A stretch of 64,000 bases of DNA. Source: Harriotta raleighana (lineage: Eukaryota). The stretch spans positions 4,088,801 through 4,152,800 of the forward strand of contig JBNZDD010013686.1 of NCBI GenBank assembly GCA_050575255.1, written 5' to 3'. Made by a program: the position numbers and the translations under genes. Positions 13,411 to 26,314 of the stretch are shown piece after piece (within the stretch, counting starts at the first letter, position 1; each line of letters opens with the position of its first letter). The notes beneath the pieces were generated by a model. That model was not told the DNA's origin. It did not search any database and saw nothing but the letters and a program-made list of their open reading frames with translations.

Positions 13411-15249
13411 CAATATACTGTATTAATTTCGTGAGCATTTTAAGGATTTTTTTTTCCGAAAATAAGTTGTTATAACAATGCAATGTAACCAGAGACAAAG
13501 ACTGAAATCTCACAAACCTGGCGCTAGACGATTACATAAAGGGAATAGAATTAAGAATTAGATGGTTGAAACAAGACCTCAGATCAAAATAAATAGCTGA
13601 ACAAATGCTTATTAATTAATCCTTACATCCAATATTCAAGGAAATGCAAGGCTATTCAAACACTATAAGGTGTGCGTTTCTACTTGGCAGACACATGATT
13701 AATCTTGGGAGAATGCATAATTCAGAGGATTTTTCCTCATGTAAGGGCACTTTCCTTGGCTGACCAACAGAATTTCACCACCAAAGTTTCCACCAGCTTT
13801 GACTAGGGAGAGATATTCTTGGGTAGGAGAAGCAGTATGTAAAGTCTCATGTGAAATTGGGCAGACATATTGAATGCAGAGAACAGCTGTAGTGGCTCAA
13901 GTATTCCTGATGTAAACACAAATACCTCACTCACTTAAGTGGTAGAAAATCTGATAGAGGTAAAGCGGTCATGGCCTTATGAACATAAATCTATTAATTT
14001 GTTAAAGTTGGTTTCCCCGAAATATTTTATTGTGGATGGTATATTGGAATTCATTATTAAATGATAAGCAGATGGACCTTTAATCAGTCTTGTCTTCTCC
14101 CTTGACTGTGACCTACTCCTGTTCTACAGCTGTTGATAAAAAGCTCATTGAAAAGCGACCATTCTGTACAACAATGATTTCAGCTCCGATAATACATTTC
14201 AAAGTACTGTATTCTGTGGATCTTATTCCCTTCAATGCCTCCTTAATGTTTAGAAACATACTCACCACAGTTTTAACAAGAAAGTGCGTTATGGAGATTT
14301 ACTGAAATCTGATTGAGGGTTGTTGAACATAAAGAAAATCAACATGTCGGCTGACATCAGCTCAGCGGGAGGTCGCTGGCCTGCTTTCTTTTATGAAAAT
14401 ACTACAAAGTGTGTTTATAAAGTGAACTCATTTTTTTTGAAAAATGAAAGAGGCATTATTTAAACAATGTGCTTCTTGCAATTTAAACTGTAGAAAATAT
14501 TCCCCTCGCATGCATAACCCAATTGAAGATCAGCATAATTTACAATCATTCCTTTGCATATCCTTAGGTATCGACTTAATATTTTTTGAAAAGTTAGTAG
14601 AAATTTAATTATAATAAATGCCCCATTTTCAAATTAACTTTGACACAAGAAGACATTGATGTTTGTTTGCATCTGAATTCATGAAGATTAGTAATGATTT
14701 ACCTAAGCTACAGAATTCCATTTTAGATATCATTTTTAAAAGGATCCTCTAATGTCAACATATTTTGCTGACAATATAACTGGTACTGTATGAAACTCAA
14801 ATCCAATACATCCCACTTAATCTAATCAATTATTCTGTCTTTCAAACGTCTTGTTTCACCACATATGTACCAACTCACAATATGCACTGCTTGTTATCTA
14901 TGTAAGGAGATGTGCAGAGAATAAATAGCAGTTTTCAGACAGTCTGCATCTGACTAACTGGAAGGTTGGTTCCAGTTGTACCACCACTCATTGCTGTGGT
15001 TTGCCTGGGATGAATCTTGCCGGTTGAGGGTGATTTAAGCTTGTATTTTTAAAAAAAACACTGAGCCTAACTGAGCCAAAACAGCATCTAGAAGATTCGT
15101 CCTCTGGCTGATTAAGATTTTATAAGCACTGACACGTACATGAAAATATTTTTGAAAAGATGAACAATTTTCTTTTTGGTTCGACTTGTGCACTATCAAG
15201 TCAACAGTGATTACTTCAATCAATATCATATGTGAAGCCAGTTATTGGG

Positions 15250-15600
15250 CTGGCTTTGTTGGTCGCACTCTTGCTTCTGAGTCAAAAGGCTCTAGGTTCA
15301 AATCCCATATCAAGATGTATGGCAGATAAAACAATATAATTTTAATATGGAGCAAGGCCATTCAGCATATCACAAAGTGCTTTGAGACATCTCAACAACG
15401 TGATAAGGTGCTGTATCAAATGCAAAGATTATTATTATTCTACCTGTGCTGACTCACTGAAAAAGCTCTCCATTAAGTTCCAATCGCTTGCCTCTTCCCT
15501 TGGCTCATCCATATTTCTCCTTTTCAGATATTTATCTCTTAAATACTAATATAATTTCTACCTCAATTATTCTTCATGGTGGTTTACAGGCACTGGTCAT
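15250..15600. mobile_element. Composite: old SINE tRNA head (+), then CR1 3' remnant (-) interrupted by a SINE tail (+, about 15371-15438)
   Basis: cactcttgcttctgagtcaaaaggctctaggttcaaatccca head. The CR1-like ggccattcagc...cctgtgctgactc sequence is split by the tail. Confidence 0.55.
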
Positions 15601-17189
15601 TTATACAGTAAATTTGCAAATCCGAGCGAAATACACTCAGAGATTTACTGAGAATCATTTGAAGTCTCCAGTTTACAGTAACCCTTTGTTTCAAGTAGTG
15701 AAGGGAGCCAGACGAAGCAAACCACAATTACTCACTGGATTGATTGTGGCGACTGGAGCTTGCAAAAGAATCCTTAAACTCAACCCCTCAAGATTGTTTA
15801 TTGCCTCAAACTATGCACCTATAGATAATTGGGATTCTAAATAATAGAGGCACGGTAAATCAAGATTTCACTGTAGAATGATATTAACACAGAATGTGTT
15901 TTGCAACTTATCTATTCACCTTCAAACACTTAAAATAAAACAGCTAATATTATGTGCTGCAGAATTATCAATGATGCAAAAGTTCAATAGAGCTAGTGCA
16001 ATTGTAATGACATAGTGAATCTAGATGAGTCCACATAAAGCAATAAATTAATACATTTTCTTTAAACAATACACTTAAAGTAGGTTATTAACATTAGAAG
16101 GATTTATGACCAAAGTGAGCCTGTGGAAGCATCTGGCCCTTCAAGACGTAGGTGAGAAAAATAATGAATTGCATCAATATGATATTAATAATACATCTTT
16201 TAAATGGCACGTTTAATTGTTGATAGTTTACATCATTCTTTTTTTCAAGGACTGACAGTTAGATTAAAGGGTACAAGATGTCTGAAGGGGGATTTGAGAA
16301 CAATCAATTGAAGGATTTATCACCAGTTTCAGTGCCATTGCTTTTAATGGTAATGTGCTCACAGGTATATTAAGATCTAAATATGATGTATTAATGTATG
16401 AATAGACAATATTAAAATAAGTTATTTCTTTCCAAATACTTAAATTTAGTGTATGTTACACTTGACTGGCAAACTCTGTCTGTAGAGTTTCAATATTAAT
16501 GCATCCTTTAAAAAATTTAACACTGGCAAAAAAAAAACTTCTCTGATATAAATTAAATATGCACTATATGACTAAGAATTCATTAGCTCATTTCTATGCA
16601 AATTACTTTTCCTTATCTTGTTATGAGTTTTGAGCTAAGAGAGCTGTGCGTGTCAATTAAAAACAGGGAGAGGATTGGTGAGATGTATGATGGGCTGGAT
16701 CAAGGCAAGGGTGGCTGCACCTTATGGCTAAATGCAAGTCAAACATCTGGTTACAGATGAAGAATGATTGTTTTGTATGGCGTTCGGTAATTTAAATTAA
16801 TTGTGGATGTAATGCACGGTTGAAGTGAGCAAGTGCATATTTTAAGTTGCTGTATCTAGAATGCTGGATGTCACTAATATTCAGGTTACTGACCACCAAA
16901 AAGTGTCAATTTTTTATTGATGGATTTGAGTCAAGACGAAAGTTAGATTCGAACCTTATGCCAAACTTCCGACATTTATCTATTCTCTCTTATTTCATCT
17001 TTTACTGTGTACCATTCAATTTCTTCTGAAGAGACCGCTCAATGAATATAATATAATATACAACAAATCTTCAAAAAATTGAACCTTTTTACACCAGCTG
17101 AATTGCTCCATTTGTTCTCAATCTCTCCTAAAGGTTCCTATTTAAGATACTTGTCCAGGTCCTCAGATTTCTCCACAGTTTTACTGAAT

Positions 17190-17530
17190 AGTAATTATCT
17201 CCAGGCCTACAGTTGCTCCAGTATCTATGCCTATGTCTGCTTCTCATCCAATTTTGAACTGTTGCTTACTGCTCACTTTCTCACTTCACCATTGCTAGTC
17301 TAGCCTTTGGCCACCATGACCCTACCATTTGGAATTCTCTTTCAAAACTAATTTGCTTCTACTGCTGGCCTTGCTTCCCAAACTTCCTACAATCTTAACC
17401 CTTCGACCATGCCTTTGATCAGAGTCTTTTCAGCCTCTAATTCATTTCTCAGTGTACACCATTATATTAGTCAAGTGCTTTAAGATGTTGTTTTATGTGA
17501 AAGGTGATATATAAATGCAGGTTGTTAATG
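17190..17530 (+). mobile_element. Old L2 3' remnant
   Basis: tggaattctct, cttcgaccatgccttt and an L2-type tail gtgaaaggtgatatataaatgcag. Confidence 0.5.
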
Positions 17531-20500
17531 TTAATGTGGAAACTCGACAAATGCAAACAAATGGCATTGTTCTCACAATCTAGCCTCGCGCTGGATCATT
17601 TAATCCCCCAATCCTCAATACACAGTGTTGTTATCTCTTCTCAACAGGTTACAAAAGTAGATTTACTATTTGTTCTTTTATTTTCAGTCTGCACAATGCT
17701 TTCACACATAATTTACTTCTGCAGCTATTCTCTCCTTGGTAATTTTCAGTCAAACCTTTGACCTATTTAAGGTCTTGTCTAGCTGCAGTATAGTTAAGTT
17801 CCTTTGTACATTCTTTAACATGTGTGGCGGTATTGTATAATTCATGCTGAATTCAGCATGGAAATTATTTTCTAAAACTGCGCAAGTTCATAAATTTCAC
17901 ATTAATCCTTTTTTTTCACCATATTTATGAAGTGTATGTGTAAAGTGCAATTTACCAAATGTACTCACTCCTGATATACTACACAATACCTTATTTTGGC
18001 TCCCTTTGTAATTGAGAAACCACAGTGTGTTCTTGCTTTCAGCAATTAACCAGTAAAACTAATATTATTTTGCCACCCATCTTCACCTGATATTGTGTAA
18101 TCTCACTGCATTAGATTCATTTGAATGATGAATAATTGAAACCAATTCTTAGGTTTAGGAAACAGAAGGTGTGTGAATGTCGGGTGTAATTGTGAATGTT
18201 ATTGTTGAGTACTATTTTGACTGATATTGGAACCCCGCTCAGCCTTTCCTTCTAAACTGGATAAGATAAATATTGTCTGAACCAAAATTATTTTTGTGAA
18301 GGTACGTAAAGTCTTCCTGGTACTGAGCTAGCTCTGGAAAAGAATTGGCAAAGAAACTAGACACTTACCTAACCCATAATCTCCTCCAAGCCTTGTCTCT
18401 GTTTCACCAGTGTTCCTTATGTTGAGAGTGAGATATAATTTGAAGGATTACTTAATGGGAATTCTATTGAAATTCCCATGGATCCGTGGCGACTGCGTAA
18501 CAGAAGTAGATCAAGAATCATCATAACATAGTTCTGGTTATTGGAAGGAATACCCTTTGTATGACCCAAGGAATCCCATTAAGAAATAATGTCAATGAGG
18601 TTTCCAAATCTGGTGTGTTTTTGTACATATTCTGTTGCTTTCACACCTTTTAAACAACATGAATAGATGCAGGAGATGTTTGTTTTCTCCTGGTGAAAGT
18701 GAGTTATGGCAATTGTTTTCATGACAGTAAAATACCCATAGCTCAAAAGCACATCAGACAAAATGAGTTATAACAGCGTTTCACGCAAGTGAAAAAAAAA
18801 CTGCAAATCATCATCATCAAATCATATTGAGGCAGCAGGGCTAGTTTCAAAATATGGGTGAGAGGCACACACTGAATTCAAATTAATACCCGCCAATCCA
18901 TAGTGTACTTTAGATGTTTGTGTATGAATGTTAGCCGGTGGACTCGAATACAAATGCAATGAAAATAATCTTAATAGAATGCAAAAATTTAAGTTTCTTC
19001 CCTGCTCGATCGTCAAGATCTCTGCGAACCAAGCTCAGAAATCTGATCAACAATCAGTTTCTGCGCCCAGGGCAAAAAAAAAATGTATTGATTGTTGTCA
19101 TAGAAATGCTACCAGAGTTTAGCATCTTTTTAAAAAAAAAACCTTCATGTTTAGAGAGTGGTTCAGTGCTTATACATTGTTCATTTTCTCCTTCGCAAGC
19201 TCATCAATTGGTTTGGAGAAGAAGGCCCATTTTTTCTCATGCTTTTAGAACACCTACCCTACCATCTTCCCAGCATAATATCAAGTTATCTTTTTTAAAT
19301 GAGTCCAGCATCCTGACCTCAGCCACCCTTTGGGTAAATAAACACTTCCTCGTAACTTTTCTGAAATTTCCTTTTACACTCTACACCAGTGTCTTGTTCT
19401 ACTCAATGCATCTGTATTTTGTTCTGGGTCTATTTTCTCAATCCCATTTAAAAATACGTCCAAGCAACTGTGGTCAAACCACATGGGATTTGTATATGAA
19501 TTCACATTAGTGTCTGAAATGATTCATTCAGGTCCAATTATTTCAGGTGAAATTAATTCTAAACCTGAAATAAACTGCATTAGCTTGAGCTAATTTCCAA
19601 ATACCCGCGTCTTGGCTAATTCAGATCTAATGGATTTCGACTGCTTGTTGACATTTTTTAAAGCAAAAGTTTATCTAATCCTTGTTGCTGCAGAAGTGAG
19701 AATAAAGAAGGCCGATTGGTGCTTTCAGTTGATTGGATTTTGCATCAAACTGAAAATATTACATTGAATCCATGTTGAAAAGAATTACAAATGCATTTAC
19801 ATCTCTCAAGGTGATGTGTTTTCTGATAACCCATCGTGCCAGTAATCATCATGCTTTCCTTCACACTGATGGCTAAAAATACCAACATTTTTTGCTGTAT
19901 CTTTATAAAAAGATTTTCCATTATAAAGAAAGGCACAGAGCAAAAAGATGGAAATTTTAGATTTCATCCAAGGCGGTTCCTAATGTGTTTGTGCCACGAT
20001 CATTTTAAAACAAAATTGCCCAAGAGAACAAGTCATGTGAAATTTTACAGGTAATTACTGATAAATACAAATCCAGACCTGAACTAAATAGCTCTGAGAC
20101 AGAGTGGCGAGCTCAAAATATTTTAAGTCAATATACATTACCACGTTTTTCAGTTTGTCAATGAGCTGGAGATTGGATTTGCAATTTAAGTGCTTTGGAT
20201 TTAATCTAAATTTGGCTCAAGTTCAGCAAGGAGAGTGATTTGCTCATCACTATAATTTAACGCATTTACATTTAAAACACTACATAAAGCAGGTATTAAT
20301 ATGCTATTTTATGGCTTTTAGCGCTTACACTTAGAAGTATGTGACTTTCCCCTTGATCCATGACTATTGCTGAATAAACAGTTGAATAATTCCATGAAAG
20401 CGATCTAAGATTCTCCAGCAGAAAATTGAATTGCGAGAAGTTGGCTTTCAATCTTGCCTCTAAATCATTTAAACATAAAGGTTGTGAAGCCAGTTTAAAC

Positions 20501-22119
20501 GTTTATTCTGACATACTTTAAACAAAAACTATTTCACAGTCTTGATAGATCTGGAATTGTAAATGCATCTTCCTTAAGGTGATTTTAATGTATTTCTTCT
20601 TTATAAATGATTTTCAAAACCATCAAGTTAATGTGTTAGACTGAAAAGCAATTTACATTACAAATATATAAATGATACTTAAAATTCTGCACCCCATTTA
20701 GTTATTAAGTGGTGATCTGATAATTGTAACAGCAATCCATTATTATACTTGTAGATTAAATTAACTCACAATAAAGCCATAATTGATGCTCATTTTACAT
20801 TTTTGGGGAAACAAGTCAAATAATATCAATTAAAGGCTGAATATTGGTACTTAGACTAAAATTACATGCAATGCTGACTTGCTAAAAGACAACGTGTCCA
20901 CTTGGGAGGTATCTGATCCAAGAAAATAGAATACCAGCTGGATACCCAAGACCGGCCTGGATGTTGATCCATGGGATTATCTTCCAAGCCGCTTACAGTT
21001 CCCAAAACTGGATTCATCTAACATCAGTGAAGCAGTTTCTCATTGAGAGAATACATCTGAAATATTGGTCCCCTTAGACTGTAAAAATAACACTGGAAAC
21101 AGATTTATTTTAAAATACCTACATAGGTGAAAGTACTTTGCATTGAAAGCACTCCATGTGCATTTTCCAGCTGTTTTGAAGTAATGAAAACTATAAAATG
21201 GTGGAGAGTCAATACAGAAACATGGTGGTGTGGGGGGTGGTGGCAGGAAGCATTCATTCCTCGATGTATGTACCACAATATGTAAAACCATGGAAGATTT
21301 AGGACCCTGAGGTCATGGTCTTAGTTGTATAGTTACATACTACTCTTAAAAATAAGCTTAGGAGATGATATTGTCAAGTGCAGGGTCTGTGTTGATGTGG
21401 CATTTACATTGAGATATAAATACACAGCCTCAATGCTACTGCACTTTGCAGTAAACTGTGTTTTCTTTGTAGACTGTAAAATTGTTTCAATACTCCACAG
21501 ACACAAACCTTGTTGGATATTACTGTTCCCAACAACGACAAGTAGGGTTGGGCTCTCCCCACAGTTCGTGCCGTTTTAACATATTTTTCCAGCAAGTTTT
21601 ACCAAGCCAATAAGCCAGTTGTTTGCAATTAGAAACAGCTTGGTGTCCATATGGAAGATAGATTAGTGGGCAACATCAAGGTGAAGCTTTCTTGGCAGTG
21701 TAAGTGAAGTGGTATTCTCTTCACTTAAGAAAACCTAGCATTTGGCCACCCTTTGTCTATTGTTTCAATCTTTCCAATAGAATGCATGTCAATGCATAGA
21801 AGATTATACTATTGACTAAGAACATTTTAAATTCTGATGACATCTATGAGAGAATTTGAGCCAAATATGCTTTCCTGAGGATCTCATTTTAGGATTTAGG
21901 ATCGGTACATTGTCATTCTCTTCAGACCAATTATATAGCTAACCAAATACACCACAGGAATTCATCTTCGCATTAAGGGTAGGATGCTGATGCTAATGGA
22001 TTTCCTGGAAGGCCAGAAAGCAAGTACTGTAACTTTGTGCTGAATAATAAGTTAGCTAAATGGTTTGGCCTACTTAATTCTGTGTTGCATGTTAGAAGGT
22101 GCTCAGTGTGAAGATTTGG

Positions 22120-22545
22120 AAATCACAAGATCAGTTCAGATGAAGAAGGCTCTTTTGGACCATCTGATCTCATCTTTCCAGAGTAGCCACCCTACCATCC
22201 TTCTCTTAGAGAATCAAGCTTTTTTTTGAACAATATAATAAGATTGGACTGGATAAAGAAAGTCCTTTGGCCTATCCGCTCAAATCACTTCAATCCCATC
22301 CCCCCCCCCACCCCACTGTCACCATTACTGCAAGCTCCTTTTTAAAATGAGTCTAATGTCCTGACCCTAATCACATTTCTGGCAACCTGTTCTAGTCGTG
22401 GATTACCCTTTTAAATGAGTCCAGTAACTTGGCCTCATCCCGCCTTTCTGATAACCTGTCGGGTTAATAGCCATATTAAATATTTCCTGGTATCTGCCCT
22501 GAAATTGATCTTGCAATTCTTAACCTGTGTCTACTTGCTAGTTGA
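22120..22545 (-). mobile_element. Cluster of old CR1-like 3' remnants (related pieces at about 19210-19410 and 45050-45135)
   Basis: Shared blocks ccatctgatctcatc, ccaccctaccatc and ttttaaatgagtccag among the three sites. Confidence 0.45.
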
Positions 22546-24322
22546 ATGCTTTTCTCTGATTCTATTGCTTTGGTAGTGTCTGTCTTTAATGCGAGTACTT
22601 TAAAAAAGGAAATTACACAACGCATACTACTATTAGAATATATACTATTTGTAGGTTACTTTCCAGTACCCACATTTCATGCATTGTGAAAACAACTATT
22701 TATAGTGCTTGTTTCTTCATGTGAATATTACTGACCTAATCTTACTATATATGATTATTTCTCTTATAAACTTGATTTGGGATTATAAAATGTATATTGT
22801 TTCAATTAAATACTTATTCAGAAGTTCAATCTATGTTCAAATTGTACACGTCCTGTATTTCCATACAGTTGTAAGACCCCACAAAATCGTAAAATATCAT
22901 GTAAAGTGTTACAAGTTTTATAAATTTTTAGAATGCCACCCAGAAAAAAATTAACTAATTTTGGAGCAAAATACAGTTACACCTTTCACCTTTTATTTTT
23001 GCACATGGAACAGTAGCTACAGAGTTGACATAATCCTATAATTCAGATCAAAGAAAAGATACACGAGGTAAAATAGCAAGAGGCTTTATTCTTCGTTTGG
23101 AAATGTTACTGTTCAAATGAAAGCTGAGATGCTCTCTGCAAACATAATTTCTTCATCCCTGTTGAAAACGGGCCAAAAATTCTTTGCCTTACCACAGCAA
23201 GCTGAAGTTATAAGTTTTCATGCAAAAAATATTTGAATAAAAAGAAACCACATGCACACAAAAAAAAATGTTGTTTTAAAATTTGGCCCCTGTTACTTAA
23301 CCATTAACAAAACCAAAAGGCCTCAGATAAATTGCTCTCTATTTTGGGGACAATAATTATATTAAAGGTAATAATGCAATCAATAGTAAGCCTCATACTC
23401 TTAACTCTTAAAACATGAAGCACCTTGAATTATTTCTGAGTGCAGTTAAAGTAAAGCTAATTTTTTTGAAAAAGCCCAACATTATTGGAGATTCTACAAC
23501 GAACTGATATTTAGTGAGTTTCTTGTCTGAAGCAGCATGAGAACAATTATTCTATATGTTGTTATGACCCTTAGTCACTTGTAAAAGCCACAGCTCCCCC
23601 ATATGGTAATAAATGAGATAGACATTGGTTGGCTTTTTATCTGACTTACAATAACCTTTATTATCCTTCCTTATTTTTTTTAAAGAAGTCAGAATTTTCA
23701 GCTCAGAATATTATTACTGCACGAACAATAGTACTTTGAGCAATAATTAACCAAGTCTGTATTTTCCAACAGCAGTTTAACCCACAATTTAATAAGTTGT
23801 CGCTGCTGAATAGGAAGCATTAATACTGTATTGATATTGCCAGGATCTAAGCCACTTTGCTTCTGGCAGTATAATATTGTGGAACTGGAATCCTGCCTTA
23901 TGCTTCCTGCTGAACATCTTGCTGGAAATAGGCCAATACCCAAACACCTGATTTAAGAGTTCTTTGCATGTACAGCTTGGCATTCGTTGCAAACTAACCT
24001 AAGATTTAAAATTCCACCTCTTCTTAGCCAGTGAGAACATTTTATCCTAATTCTAAGATTGCTGGTTTTGTGAATTTGTAAGCTGGTCCTTTTTATGAAC
24101 TGTGGTAAAAAGGCTTCCAAATTAAGATTGATTTAAAGAATTTTCCACAGCTATGAGCAATATTAAAGTTTCAAACAACATACAGTATTTATATAGGTTA
24201 AGATTAAGTGGAATTTTAGGCCTTGAGTATTGGTGTGACTGACTGTTTCTTAACTATCTAAACATTACAAGGGATAGCCCGAGAGTGTTTAAGACCAATG
24301 CATGTGTTACATATTGCAATAC

Positions 24323-24384
24323 TACAACAACAACAGAATTACATGTCTATAGCGCCTTTCACATCAGGAGGACGTCCCAAGGTG
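24323..24384 (-). mobile_element. L2 tail fragment
   Basis: acaacaacaac...tatagcgcctttcacatcaggaggacgtcccaagg. Confidence 0.7.
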
Positions 24385-26247
24385 GGGTCAGTCATTGTTT
24401 CAGACTAAACTAAATATTGTAGAGTACTAAATACTAAACTGAAATCAGGGCTCCAAAACAGATCACTCTGTCTCTGTCCTCATTTCTCATTTATATTGGA
24501 TGGCAAAATGCAGAAAACAATGGTAATTTGTGCAGCATAAAATCAGCATCAATTAATTACTGATTAGAGATCCGTTCTCACCCCATTCTCTGACATTAAA
24601 TTCAATTACTCCATAAGTGCTATATACCCCCAAAAGAACTTTCAAGAGATCAAGCCAAGACCAGAAAAAGTATCTCTTCTGGATGGCAAGCGGGGAATGA
24701 AGCTACAGTCAGTCAAGGATAATTGTTGGTTTATAGTTTGTGCCTCCACAGATAGGAAAATGCCTTGCCTTTGAGCCTGTTCCAAAGCAGGACATGAATG
24801 AAAATAAACTGGTGATATGATTAATGGTGGAGGAAGTAAGTGGGTCGTTTTAATTTGGGAACGATCATTTGATTGAAACCAGTTGACACCCAAGCTTATT
24901 CTTGTCAGTATGGAATACTGTAAAGAGCTTTGGGATATGTCAGAATTTATTATTCTTGGAATACTCCTTGAACATTTTGTGAATGTAATGCTTGTAAAGG
25001 AAACATTAACCACACTACTAAAGACAGTCAGTTCAACGTATGCAGTAATATTGTTTTTAGGTGAGATTTAGAATATTATGGATGGGTTGCAGTTTGTCTG
25101 TTTTCAATGAGTGGTATAGAATGCATGAATGATTGTAGTGCAAAGCTTGCCAAAGAACAAAACCAGCTGGTTCTTCATTGAACAAATTCATAAAGCTGCA
25201 TTGTTGGAACTTTAATAAAAATGAATAGCAGGATCACCACACCATCCATGTTGGAATGAAAAGGTGCGCACCTGGCAATTCTTGATCAATAGATCAGAGT
25301 TAATCACCCCACAATTCTGCCACAAATCAAAGTGAAAAGAGATTGTTTAAAAAGTAGTCTATCAGACCTTCGGTCTGCGTTTCCGAGGTGAGTTGAGGTC
25401 TGTGGTTAGCTGTGTTTCTCTGGATAAATGCTGGCTCCCCTGAGATCAGGGAGTTGAAGCTAATAAAGGGACACTATTTTAAAAGATGGTGAAAGTTCAG
25501 TGGCTTGGCAACAGAACCTCAATGCGCTGCTGCAAGCCATCAAACCTGGTGCTAAGTCCTTATTCACAAGAACTGGCTTAGGCTTCTTTGACATTGTAAA
25601 CGTGGCATTGAGGTCCCTGCGGAACTGGAGGAGCTTTTTGGACATATCTAGGCCCATGAATATTTATTAAACAAAGACAATTTATCAGCCGCGGTAGAAA
25701 AGCTTGGAAGTAAAGGTAAAGAAAAGTTAGATGTGGCTCCGAATATGTGCTTGTAAATGGTCCATTAAGATAATGAAAAATGTTGATGGTCGGCCTCTCT
25801 TAATAGATTGCAATACATCATGTGCAAGACAACATTTCACTTGGTTTGTGAGGTAGTCTCAGCCCAGGATAATCTTGCAAGTAAAGGCGAATGCAAAAGT
25901 GACATTTATTGCTTTATGCATGAGAATCAGGGAACTTAACTGGGATGCAATAAATATTTGAAAAGTATTAACAAGGCATCAGCAAAACACATCTACATTG
26001 TATTTGCACTGGGATCAAAATTTGTATCTGTTCCCAACATGAGCTGACAAATTAATTTTACTTAAACATATCAGGATCAAGGTCAGATAGACAAACATTT
26101 TGAAACACTTTTTTTTAGAAAGAAAAACTATTTTGCTGTTTAATTCATTTTGAAATCCTATGTTGTTGGTAACTTGGTTAATAATAATAATCTTTGCATT
26201 TGATGTCATGATAGGAGGATGTCTTCAATGTGCCCAACAGAAGTTAA

Positions 26248-26314
26248 GTAATAATAGTAACCCTTGCTTTTCATATAACGCCTTGTCACATCTTTAAAAC
26301 GTCTCAAAACGCTT
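26248..26314 (-). mobile_element. SINE tail fragment
   Basis: cccttgcttttcatataacgccttgtcacatctttaaaacgtctcaaaacgctt. Confidence 0.65.

Noticed and set aside
18938-19510. 190-aa plus-strand ORF
   Set aside because: No recognisable domain; it runs through poly-A tracts and a CR1-like remnant.
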